DNA of 64,000 nucleotides from Planctomycetota bacterium. GTDB taxonomy: Bacteria; Planctomycetota; UBA1135; JACQFD01. The notes under the pieces were generated by a model that was not told the DNA's origin, did not search any database, and saw only the letters and a program-made list of their open reading frames with translations. The stretch spans positions 4,327-68,326 of the forward strand of contig JAEUHX010000037.1 of NCBI GenBank assembly GCA_016792805.1, read 5' to 3'. Positions within the stretch are counted from its first letter, which is position 1, and each line of letters opens with the position of its first letter. Shown one piece after another: positions 51,210-60,694 of the stretch. The translations under genes were made by a program, and so were the position numbers.

Positions 51210-51794
51210 TTAGTTGTTAGAAGGACACATTGAACACTGAAGGAGGATATCCGCGATGCTACAGCTGCCATATCCACTAGGACTTGGGGTCGGACAGTAC
51301 CCTGGCGCATACGAAACATCACACACGTAGTATTCATCACACTCAACTGCTTTGTTCAGGAATCCAAAAGAGATTCCTCGTCCCGCCTCAACTGTGTTAC
51401 TATTTCCATGGGTCAGAGAATTGTCGCCATTGGGAACCTGGGCTGGCGGCGCGCCCTGTTTCAATCCCTCTTCCTGCCGGATCGTAAGCGGCCCGTTCGT
51501 GATATTTGTCAACGTAATCGTAGCGCGCCGCCAGAAACAGTTATCAATCGGGTTGCAACTAAAACAATTGGCGCAACATTCTCCATTCTCCATTCTCCGC
51601 GCCAACTACATTGATCGTGATTGTCCATTTGATATCGCACTCGTATCCGCACAAGTCCATTGCGACGAGCTCGCCGTACAGCCGTCGCAAGGATCGAGCG
51701 CACCCTTTGTAGAACGAGCGAGCAAAGAGGCGGAAGGCGAAATCGTTGCGAGCGCCATGAAAACGACTGCGAGCAGGGGGAGATTCTGGGGCAT
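51210..51794 (-). pseudogene. Cys-rich secreted protein interrupted by an in-frame TAG or compensating frameshifts
   Basis: ORFs 51606..51794 (signal peptide, CDGC) and 51210..51605 (11 Cys) are contiguous in the same frame, separated only by TAG at 51606-51608. Confidence 0.6.
51577..51598. repeat. 7-bp tandem repeat (CATTCTC)x3 inside the Cys-rich gene
   Basis: CATTCTC CATTCTC CATTCTC C read directly from the sequence. Confidence 0.9.
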
Positions 51795-51855
51795 GTTTGT
51801 GTTTCCTGTGCAAGGCTAACTATCTTGAATAGACCAACTAGACCTGAATACGCCT

Positions 51856-52566
51856 TTAGTGCTTCGAGAGCCGGTGTCGCAGATAGCGAATTTCGTCGTT
51901 CAGTAAGTACAGATCTGGATACTCACTCTTGCTGAGCGAGACAAACCATGTAATGCTCTTCTTCGTTGCACGAATCTCGTCGATCCTCTCAATTGGATTG
52001 GTGATTGATTGGTAGAATACGTCGCCCTGAATCTCACTCGGAGTTTTGATAAGCTCATTGCCGGTTCGCGCGACCTCCACATAAAGCCCCTTTCTCCGCC
52101 GATCGTTCATTGCCTGCTCGTAGATTGCGTCAAATGCAGCCTGGAGCGCGCCAATGGACTCGCTGAGCTGGGCCGGGCTTGCCTCCGCATACTTCGTACT
52201 GAACTGCTTCGCTAGTTCCTTGACTTCTCGCTCACGACGCGTCTCAGCTCGAGACTCAACCAGGATGGAGTCAACCTGATGTCTCGCTGACTCGGGGCGC
52301 TCAACTCCAGCATTCGAGGCGGCCCCCGATGCGGCTGCAGCCTGAGTGACACCCGGCTGGCCGGAACCAACGCCTCGAGGGGCTCCATAATCAGTCCTCC
52401 GCTTTGACTCGTCCTCTCCGGATTGCCATAACAACAGGACCCCGACGGTCACGAGAAAAAAAACAGCGACGCATGCGGCGAGCAGGGCGGTCGCGCGCCC
52501 GCGTGTCCTTCGTCCAATCATCCACTTGGGAGGATCTTGCTGACGCAGAGTCGTGTGAGAATCCAC
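51856..52566 (-). CDS. Hypothetical single-TM protein
   Basis: 236-aa ORF in the lower-GC insert with TM ALLAACVAVFFLVTVGVLLLW; no recognised domain. Confidence 0.65.
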   Translation of the reverse strand: MDSHTTLRQQDPPKWMIGRRTRGRATALLAACVAVFFLVTVGVLLLWQSGEDESKRRTDYGAPRGVGSGQPGVTQAAAASGAASNAGVERPESARHQVDSILVESRAETRREREVKELAKQFSTKYAEASPAQLSESIGALQAAFDAIYEQAMNDRRRKGLYVEVARTGNELIKTPSEIQGDVFYQSITNPIERIDEIRATKKSITWFVSLSKSEYPDLYLLNDEIRYLRHRLSKH

Positions 52567-52843
52567 AAGGTACTGCCCAAGATGTGAAGAGCGACGTTAA
52601 TGGAACGCGTTTGTGCTGTCAAGCGATTGATGCTCCGTGATGATTGGCTACTTTCCTACTTTCGGCATGAGGCGGGGCGTCGCTGCGGGATCCGGTGATG
52701 AAATCGCAGGATTAGAAACGAGAAAGACGAGAAAAGTGCCACCCGAAGTGCCCTTGATGAGAAGCCGGAACGCGTTCGGTCAGACCCGGGGAATGCATCC
52801 TGAGGGACGAGCGTCTGCTGAGCTCGTCAACCCGCATGATGAC

Positions 52844-53099
52844 CTAGGGCCGGGAAGCCCGCGTTGGCGTCCGTCGGTTCGAGCACACGGTTTCTTGCTC
52901 AACGCTCGGTTACCGTCGGAACGGAGCGCCTCCCCTCGAGATTCAAGCTTGGGAGGCTTCGCGCTTGTTTCGCAGAACACTCCCTTCGCGGGCTTTCATG
53001 GGGTGTATTGAGGGAGGTTCTGCGAGTTGGGTGCCCTCGATGGCGCGAGCCACTATTCGAACCACGCGCCGTCCAAGGCTGGCTTGTGTGACGCCCTAG
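52844..53099. mobile_element. ~256-bp MITE-like element bounded by CTAG
   Basis: CTAGGGC...GCCCTAG ends with imperfect ~45-bp inverted arms (AAGCC-GC-TTGG...GGTTCGA) and an internal stem GCAGAACACTCCCT...AGGGAGGTTCTGC. Confidence 0.5.
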
Positions 53100-53182
53100 C
53101 ATCCAGAGCGCCGACGTCTTGATTTTCAAATGGCCGATTCCTTGGTTTTCGGATAGCCGATGGGCGAACTTACGATCAGCCG

Positions 53183-54433
53183 ATGGTCTCGGAGACCCAA
53201 TACCCCCGACTGAGCGAAGCGACCCTCCATGAGTCGCTCTCCGATTCGCCTGCGGTACTGATCCACGGCCCGCGCCAATGCGGGAAGACGACTCTGGCGA
53301 AAGCGATCAGCGCTACGAGCGGCCATGCGTATTTCACGCTCGATGACGAGGCTGTCCGAAACGCCGCACTGAGTGACCCCGTTGGATTTGTGGCGAGCCT
53401 TCCTGAGCGCGTCGTTCTCGAGGAGGTCCAGCACGTCCCCCATCTGTTCTCTTCACTCAAAGTGGCGATCGACCGTAACCGAGTTGCCGGCCGATTTCTG
53501 CTTACAGGATCTGCCAATATTCTGCTCCTGCCGAAACTTGCAGAATCACTCGCCGGGCGAATGGCGATTCATCGGTTGCATCCGCTCTCCGAATGTGAAC
53601 TGGAAAGGTCTGACGGATCCTTCCTCGACAAGCTGTTCGAGGGCTCCTTCAGAATGCAATCATGGCCGCGGCTTGGAGACGCGCTCATCCTGAGGATCGT
53701 GCGAGGTGGCTATCCAGCGGCCGTCAAGCTGCCTGAAGGCCGCAGGCGAAGTCGGTGGTATCGCGACTACGCCGACGCCGTGATCCAACGAGACGTGCGT
53801 CACCTCAAGGAGATTGCAACAGTCGATGTGCTTGAGCGATTGCTCTTGACAGCAGCATCTCAAACCGCGCGCCTCGTAAATTTCACAGATCTGGCAGCTC
53901 CGTTCCAACAATCACGGCCGACGATTCGAAGCTACGTCGATCTCCTCGCTCGACTCTTCCTCCTCGAGGAGCTTCCGCCATGGCATGTGAACCGAATGAG
54001 CCGGCTTATCAAAACATCGAAACTTCACATGGGAGACACGGGGCTCACCAGCGCCCTTCTTGGCCTGAATGCGGCCGCCCTTCAAAGCGATCGAAACCTC
54101 CTCGGTCAACTCCTCGAGACATTTGTAGTCCAAGAGCTGCGCCGCCAGGCGAGCTGGTCGAAGGTCGACGCTCACTTCTATCATTTTCGTGATCGTGACA
54201 ATTATGAGGTCGACGTCGTCCTCGAAGGAAATGGACGTGAGATCGTCGGAGTGGAAACAAAAGCATCCGCGACCATCACCGCCGCCGATTTCCGAGGGCT
54301 CCGAAAGCTCAAGGCGATGGCAGGGAAGCGATTCGCCTGCGGCGTCGTTCTCTACGATGGCGAGATGAGTCTCCGATTCGATGAATCGCTCTTTGCGATT
54401 CCCGTGCGTGCGCTCTGGGAGGCTCCGGGCTAG
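53183..54433 (+). CDS. AAA+ ATPase with DUF4143 / PD-(D/E)XK C-terminal domain
   Basis: GPRQCGKTT Walker A, LLTGSAN, ESLAGR, GGYP, DTGL and EVDVVLE...VETKAS. Confidence 0.9.
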   Translation: MVSETQYPRLSEATLHESLSDSPAVLIHGPRQCGKTTLAKAISATSGHAYFTLDDEAVRNAALSDPVGFVASLPERVVLEEVQHVPHLFSSLKVAIDRNRVAGRFLLTGSANILLLPKLAESLAGRMAIHRLHPLSECELERSDGSFLDKLFEGSFRMQSWPRLGDALILRIVRGGYPAAVKLPEGRRRSRWYRDYADAVIQRDVRHLKEIATVDVLERLLLTAASQTARLVNFTDLAAPFQQSRPTIRSYVDLLARLFLLEELPPWHVNRMSRLIKTSKLHMGDTGLTSALLGLNAAALQSDRNLLGQLLETFVVQELRRQASWSKVDAHFYHFRDRDNYEVDVVLEGNGREIVGVETKASATITAADFRGLRKLKAMAGKRFACGVVLYDGEMSLRFDESLFAIPVRALWEAPG

Positions 54434-54660
54434 CTCGTCGGGGCAGAGGCTTCCGTCGAGACCCGCCACGACTGGCTCCGCTCTTCGCGCACGTCAGCTC
54501 GAGGGCATCCGCCGCCCATACGCGCCCACGCGAAGCGGTCCGGCGTTCGGCAGTGCGCTGTCAGACGTTCCTCCGAACGTCCCCTTTTGGCGCGCCTCAA
54601 TCTCCCGGATACTTCGCCCTGAAGTCCCATGGTCTGCAAACCCGCGACCCAGGAGGTTCT

Positions 54661-57600
54661 GTGAGCGAGCCGCCGCGCCCCGCCCGCTCTTCCGTCTCGT
54701 CACGCATCGGTCAAATCGAGCGCGTCGGCGTACTCACGCCGCGCCCGCTCGGGAGCCGCTCCGACGGCGTGATCGTCGACACCGGCGAGCGCGTCCTTAT
54801 CGACGACCAGCGCCCGAGCGGGCTGCGCCCCGGGAAGACCCTCGAGAGCCTCGGCCGCGAGCTCGCCGAACGCACGCTGCCTCTGGTCGCCGGCGTGGCG
54901 CCGCTGCGCGACGTGGTGCCGCTCGCGCGAGCCTTTTGGGTCGTTCGCGACGTTCCCCAGCAGCTCCTCGGGACGCAGCGATTGCCGATCCAATCGATCG
55001 AAGCCCTCGAAGGGGCCGCCCGTGTCGCGCGCACCCTCGGCGACCTTCACTCCGCCGGCCGCGTCCACGGCAACCTCTGCCCCGCCACCGTATCCATCGC
55101 GGGCCCCTACGTTTTGTGGGAATCGGCGCTCGACGCACTCGTCGAGGAATATGCCGAAGCGAGCGAGGACGTTCGATGGGCGCCCGGCATCGCGCCCGAA
55201 CTCTGGGCCGTGGGCCCCGGCGCTGCCACCCGCGAGGGCGATATCTACTCCCTCGCCGTATTATTGGGAACCGCATTTGTTGGCTCCGACTTCCTCGGCG
55301 ACCTCGAAGGATATGTAGCTTTTGGCTGGCAGGATTGGGCTCAAAGCCCCGACCAGCAGCTGCCCGGGCTCGACGCCCTTGATGCCGTCGTCGGCCAGGG
55401 ACGGCTACTTTCCCTCTGGCGCCGCGCTCTCATGAAAGACCCGGCGGAGCGCGCCGTTTCGGCCGGCCAGCTCGCCGCCGCCTTCGCCGAGCGCGCCGAA
55501 GAGCTGCGCCGCGCGAGCGCCCCCGCCGTACAGATCACGCTGCCCGCGCGTCCGTTGTCCCACGCAAGCGAAGCCGCGACGCCCTCGGAGCTCTCCGGAA
55601 CGCCGCCGGAGGCGCTCGACCCCGAGAATCTCGTCGGGCACACCCTCGACGGATACCGCGTCGTGCGCCAGCTCGGCCGCGGCGCCATGGGAATTGTGTA
55701 TGAGGCGGTTCAGGTCAAGCTCGACCGGCCCATCGCGCTGAAAGTCCTCCTCGGCGAGCAGTCGCTGCGCAAGGATCTGGCCGATCGGTTCGCGCGCGAA
55801 GCGCGCTCCGTCGCGAAGCTCAATCATCGCAATATTGCGATGGTCTTCGACGTCGGCAACGTCGGACGAGTTCACTATATCGCGATGGAGCTTGTCGACG
55901 GCGTGAGCCTCGACCGCGTTGTGCATGATCGGGCGCGCTCAGAGTCACAAATCAGCTCGCCCTCAACGATCGCCTTCCGCGAGCGATATGTGCGCACGAG
56001 CCTCGAAGCCATTGCCGCCGTCGCCGATGCGCTCCACGAAGCGCACCGCCACGGGCTCATCCATCGCGATGTCAAGCCGCAGAACATTCTTCTCACTGCC
56101 GAGGGCATCCCGAAGCTCGTCGACTTCGGGCTCGTGCGCGAGGATCACGGCGAGTCGCAGATGACGTCGATGGGATTTGTGGGAACCTATGCCTACTCGG
56201 CGCCCGAGCAGGTGATCTCCCGCTCCAACGTCGACCGGCGCGCCGACGTCTATTCGCTCGGGGCGACGCTCTACGAGCTGCTGACACTGAAGCGCCCCTT
56301 CGACAGCTCCAGCAAGAAGGTCTTCGAAAAGCTCCAGGTCGACGCGCCCCCGTCGACGCGCTCCCTCAACCCGGCAATTCCTGCCGAGCTCGACACCGTC
56401 GTCCTGCACGCCCTCGCTCGCGAGCGGGAGAGCCGCTTCGGAACGGCGGCGCACTTTGCCGATGCGCTGCGAGACGTGCTGAAGAACGTGCCCGAAGAAG
56501 TGCTGGAGGCGGCGGCACCGCTGCCCGCGCGTCCCGACGGGGCGCACGCCGCCCCTGCCAGCTCCCATCTCCTGCGGCCCGCTTCCTCGACGCTCGGCGC
56601 GCTGTTTCGCCTCGAGACGCCAAACCCGTGGCCCGAGGTCGTGCACTCGCGCATTTTTGCAATTCGCGGCCGGCTCGAAGGGGCGCCGCGCGAAGCGAGC
56701 GATTTGTTGGTTCTCGTGGAAAACGATGCCGAGAGCCAGCCGGTGCGTGTGGCACTGCTGGAAGGCGGAGTCGTCGACGCGGCCATCGATCTGCGCGAGG
56801 GAGATAATTGGTTTTCCTTCGGGCTCCTCGACGCGACGCGGCGACATCTGTTACGTCCAGCGGTGGTCGACGGGGGCGGCAAGCCGGTCGGCGATGCGGC
56901 GGGGCTCGTGCGCGTTACCGTCGAGCGAAGCCGAGTTCCCATCCCGGCGACGCGCCCACCGTCGGTGCGAGAAACGGCCTCGAGCCAGGGACGCCCCGTG
57001 CGCCCTCTGGAGCCCGAGGTCCATGCGCCGAGCTCGGTGACGCTCGAATCGCTCCAAGGCGGAGCGCGCCCGGCGAGCCGGCCATTCCCGACGAAGGCGG
57101 TCGCGGTTGGGCTCGTGGTGCTCGCGGCGCTGGGCGGATCGGGATATTTGGGAAGTCAGCTCTTGAGTACGAATGGGCCGCCGCCGACGCCCTCGCCGTT
57201 TTCGTTGCGCGTGGATTCGATCCGCGATCTCTCCCGAAAAGCTGATCTCGCGTCCCACATCAAGGCTGGGAGCGAACTCCGCAAGCTGTGGGACGATGCG
57301 AGCGTTGCCGCAACGTTCGACTCGAAGCTCCGCGCTGAGCTGTGGAATCTCGTCGCGGGGACCGCGCTCGCGGCGAAGGTCGAGCAGGCGAGCAGCGAGG
57401 AGAAGAAGAAGATCGCGGCGCTCGCCTCCGATCTATCGAAATTGGCGGAAGACCCGAGCGTGCGGGCCGAGATCGACGGCACCCAAGGCACCCGCCGCAT
57501 CGACCTGCGCATGCTCGAGGGCGCCGCCCTGCTCGCCGGCACGACGGAGGACGCTCCCGCACAAGCCGCCAGGATCTTCCGCGATCTGCTTCTGACACTT

Positions 57601-60600
57601 CCGGAAGCCGACGTCGCGCGAGTTCCCTATTCGAAGAGAGCGGGCGATTTGTGGTCATCCGCAGTAGTGCGCCGCTTCGCAAAGCTCTCCGCTGCGAACG
57701 CAGAAAGCGCGCGCATCGAGGTCGATGAGATCCTCACGCTTCTTAAGAAAACCGGGCTCGAGCTTCCCGCCGAGCGCCGCGGTGAGCTGCTCTTGACGAA
57801 GGCGCGCGCCCTCGAGGCAGTCGGCCAAGTGGAGAGCGCAATCAAGGAGGCGGACGCCTGCGCAGTAGCCGCGCCCGAGAAAAGTGATCTTCGGCGCAGT
57901 GCCTTGGAACTCGCTGACCGGCTCACCGGCGAGCACATGCGCGCGCGCGTCGAACCCGCCCTGAAGCGGGCCGCTGAGCCGACGCCGCCTGGCGCCGACC
58001 CCGCCACGTCGACGGAGGCTGCAACGCTCCTCGCGCAGGATCTCGAGGCCCATCTGATCACACTTCGTGCGAGCCGAGAATTCACAAATCGAAAGTCACT
58101 CATCACGAGGTGCCTCGCGGCGCAGGCCCTCGCGTGGGACCGCGCGGGACAGCCCGCCCTTTCGATGGAGGCCTACGACCGGCTGCTGAGCGACACAGCG
58201 CCTTCCGACCTGGCTTCGTCGGATGCGAAAACCCACGCGCGAGCGCTCCTCGAGAAAGCACTTCTCTTGCTGGAGAGCCGCGATCCCAAGTGGAGCGGCG
58301 TGCGCGCGCAAGCGGCGGCGAAAATTCGGAAGCTTCAGGATCCCTGGAAAGCTACAGCTGCGATCACCGGAGACTTCGAATTCCGCGTGGAGCGAGCTCT
58401 TGCAGGGCTCGAAAGCTGGAGCACGGCGGGCGAGCGTTGGAAGCGGCTCTTCGCCTCGCAGCCAGAAGGTTCAGCAGAACGAACAAAAACGCTTGCGCTC
58501 TGGCTCGAGCACACAGCCGGCACCGATGCGACCGTCACCGCCGGTGACGCTTCCTGGATCCGTACTCTCCTCGGAGACCTTCGGCTCAAGGAATCCACAC
58601 AAGCTGCGGAGGCGCTGCAGCGCGCCTATGCGGGCGAGCGGCTCACTCTAGCGATAGAGCTGTCGCGCCAGAGCAAGCCGGCTCCCGAGGGCTTCGACCA
58701 CGAGCTGGCCACAGCGTGGCTCGGAGTTGCAACAGATCTCGCGAGCGCAAAGAAACTGGGGGTGGTGTCGGCGCCGCGAAGCCAGAGCCTCGCCCAGAGG
58801 GCGTGCGCAACACTCGTCGATCTGTGGTCTCGGGATACCGCTGCGGGACGCCCGCGGGCGACCCCCGAGGATCTCGCCACGGTCCTGGAGATCCTCCCGT
58901 CGGGCAACGAGCACTCGCGCGCCACGCTCGAATTCTGGAGCGCCCTCGCTCTCTCCGACGATGCGGCTCGCAAGGCCGCCCTCGAGAAGCTCCTCGGCAG
59001 CCCGCCAGCCGGTTGGAATCGGCTCGCGCAGGCGTGGCATGCGTACGCAATGATCGAGAAGGAAGCCATCGAGAGCCTTCCTGAGGAGGATCGCCGAAAG
59101 CGCGCCCGAAGTGTGCTTTCCCTGGCGAACGGAATCACTTTCGAGCTGGGCTCTGAGGCGGAGCAGCTCCACGCACTTCTTACAAAATGGACGAAGGAAC
59201 CAGAGGTCATCAAGCCGTCACCCCCGCCGCCGCCGCCCCCGCCCAATTTCACCGAACAGCTGGTGAAGCTTCGCGGAGCCATCGCGGCAGCTCGCGGAGA
59301 CGCGAAAGCTCTCCCGCCCCTTGAGAAGAAACTCACAAATCTCTCCACGGAAGCCAAGGATGCGGGGGCACCGCTTGCCGGCGAGGCGCTCGCGTCTGCG
59401 TGGGCGGAGCTCGCCTACAGCGCCCTCTCCCGGCCGGATGCGCAGACCGCGGCACGCGACGGCAAGGCGATGGCCGAAGCCCTCAGCTTCGCTCATCGCT
59501 GCCTCGCCGCGGCGGCGCCTCTTGCAATAAAAGGTTCTTCACTGGCGAAGGCTCTCGAGGATCAGCTCAAGGCGGCGGAACAGCTTCGAGATGCAGCGAA
59601 AGACATCGAGGTTCCGGAGATCCGCGGCGTCGCCGGAATCCTCTCGTTGCCGATGCCAGGCAACTGGATCCCTCAGACCTCCGCACCCTACGCCTATCCG
59701 GGATTTGTGCTGCGCCGCGATTGGGAACAGAGGCGCTACGAGATTCACGGCACTGCCTTCCCCTACGTCAAAGGGGAGAAGACCGAGGAGCTTCTCAATC
59801 TGGCTGCTGCCGTCTCGGAGAGTCCCGCGAATGCAGCTCAAAAGGGCGCACTCGAGGCTCGTCTGCGCGATCAGATCAGCGGGAATAGTGCACTTCGAGT
59901 AGGAACGCTCGAGGTTGCCTATGTGCAGGCTCTGGAACGAGGCCAGAAGCCCAGATTCCGAGTGGAAGTGAAGCTCAGGAATGCGTCGATTTTGGGAGGC
60001 GACTCGGTGGCGGGAGCCGGCATCGCGGTCCTCGACAGTGCTCGTGCGATGTGGATTATTGGGATTCGAGATCGAGAATCCGAGGATACTGGCATAGGAA
60101 TCCTCGAGCGTACGCGTGAAGGAAGGGAGCTGGCCGCCGGGCTCGCGCTGGCGCAAGGGCTTGCCGAGGCTCCCATCGTCGGAGCGGCCGCCGACGTGTT
60201 TGTGTTTGAGCAGCCTTCGATCCGTTGGAAGCCGCCCGGGGCACTGGTGGCGTGGCAGCGGGCGCGAAATGACCATATTGGGCGAGACCCAGAGGCGGTC
60301 GATCTCAAAAAAGTCGCGCTGGGCCTCTGGCTCATCGGCGGCACAACCCAGGGGGGCCAACCCCTGGGGGCAAAGGTGTATTTGGAGGAGCATCCGGGTT
60401 CCCCCTTGGACCTCTGGTCGACGCTCAAGAATGAGCCCGGATTCGAGGAGGAACCGTGCCGTTGGTATACATACCCCCAGGAACCCAACGACGGAACGCC
60501 GCTGGCAGCATTCTCCTATTGCGCCGACGAAGGCATGGGTGAGTGGCGAGTCGGAGCAGTGAAGAAGCTCCCCCGCGGCGTGCGCGTGCTCCGCGGAACG

Positions 60601-60669
60601 TTGCCGTCTAATGCGGCGCTGGCTGATGTCATCGCACTGCGCGATTCGTTCCGCGCGGCACTAGAGTAG
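54661..60669 (+). CDS. Giant membrane Ser/Thr kinase 2, paralog of 36767..43285
   Basis: Pseudokinase (LHSAGRVHGNLCP, APE, GDIYSL) plus complete kinase (LGRGAMGIVY, IALK, HRDVKPQN, DFG, APEQ); TM near 57097-57153. Start placed at GTG 54661. Confidence 0.9.
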   Translation: MSEPPRPARSSVSSRIGQIERVGVLTPRPLGSRSDGVIVDTGERVLIDDQRPSGLRPGKTLESLGRELAERTLPLVAGVAPLRDVVPLARAFWVVRDVPQQLLGTQRLPIQSIEALEGAARVARTLGDLHSAGRVHGNLCPATVSIAGPYVLWESALDALVEEYAEASEDVRWAPGIAPELWAVGPGAATREGDIYSLAVLLGTAFVGSDFLGDLEGYVAFGWQDWAQSPDQQLPGLDALDAVVGQGRLLSLWRRALMKDPAERAVSAGQLAAAFAERAEELRRASAPAVQITLPARPLSHASEAATPSELSGTPPEALDPENLVGHTLDGYRVVRQLGRGAMGIVYEAVQVKLDRPIALKVLLGEQSLRKDLADRFAREARSVAKLNHRNIAMVFDVGNVGRVHYIAMELVDGVSLDRVVHDRARSESQISSPSTIAFRERYVRTSLEAIAAVADALHEAHRHGLIHRDVKPQNILLTAEGIPKLVDFGLVREDHGESQMTSMGFVGTYAYSAPEQVISRSNVDRRADVYSLGATLYELLTLKRPFDSSSKKVFEKLQVDAPPSTRSLNPAIPAELDTVVLHALARERESRFGTAAHFADALRDVLKNVPEEVLEAAAPLPARPDGAHAAPASSHLLRPASSTLGALFRLETPNPWPEVVHSRIFAIRGRLEGAPREASDLLVLVENDAESQPVRVALLEGGVVDAAIDLREGDNWFSFGLLDATRRHLLRPAVVDGGGKPVGDAAGLVRVTVERSRVPIPATRPPSVRETASSQGRPVRPLEPEVHAPSSVTLESLQGGARPASRPFPTKAVAVGLVVLAALGGSGYLGSQLLSTNGPPPTPSPFSLRVDSIRDLSRKADLASHIKAGSELRKLWDDASVAATFDSKLRAELWNLVAGTALAAKVEQASSEEKKKIAALASDLSKLAEDPSVRAEIDGTQGTRRIDLRMLEGAALLAGTTEDAPAQAARIFRDLLLTLPEADVARVPYSKRAGDLWSSAVVRRFAKLSAANAESARIEVDEILTLLKKTGLELPAERRGELLLTKARALEAVGQVESAIKEADACAVAAPEKSDLRRSALELADRLTGEHMRARVEPALKRAAEPTPPGADPATSTEAATLLAQDLEAHLITLRASREFTNRKSLITRCLAAQALAWDRAGQPALSMEAYDRLLSDTAPSDLASSDAKTHARALLEKALLLLESRDPKWSGVRAQAAAKIRKLQDPWKATAAITGDFEFRVERALAGLESWSTAGERWKRLFASQPEGSAERTKTLALWLEHTAGTDATVTAGDASWIRTLLGDLRLKESTQAAEALQRAYAGERLTLAIELSRQSKPAPEGFDHELATAWLGVATDLASAKKLGVVSAPRSQSLAQRACATLVDLWSRDTAAGRPRATPEDLATVLEILPSGNEHSRATLEFWSALALSDDAARKAALEKLLGSPPAGWNRLAQAWHAYAMIEKEAIESLPEEDRRKRARSVLSLANGITFELGSEAEQLHALLTKWTKEPEVIKPSPPPPPPPPNFTEQLVKLRGAIAAARGDAKALPPLEKKLTNLSTEAKDAGAPLAGEALASAWAELAYSALSRPDAQTAARDGKAMAEALSFAHRCLAAAAPLAIKGSSLAKALEDQLKAAEQLRDAAKDIEVPEIRGVAGILSLPMPGNWIPQTSAPYAYPGFVLRRDWEQRRYEIHGTAFPYVKGEKTEELLNLAAAVSESPANAAQKGALEARLRDQISGNSALRVGTLEVAYVQALERGQKPRFRVEVKLRNASILGGDSVAGAGIAVLDSARAMWIIGIRDRESEDTGIGILERTREGRELAAGLALAQGLAEAPIVGAAADVFVFEQPSIRWKPPGALVAWQRARNDHIGRDPEAVDLKKVALGLWLIGGTTQGGQPLGAKVYLEEHPGSPLDLWSTLKNEPGFEEEPCRWYTYPQEPNDGTPLAAFSYCADEGMGEWRVGAVKKLPRGVRVLRGTLPSNAALADVIALRDSFRAALE

Positions 60670-60694
60670 CTTTACGGCCTACCAGCCGGAGAGT

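Noticed and set aside
51606-51608. Pyrrolysine or genome-wide TAG recoding
   Set aside because: TAG is used as a normal stop by many genes here (e.g. yajC, rpmA, both kinases) and no pyl genes are visible; kept only as one local hypothesis.
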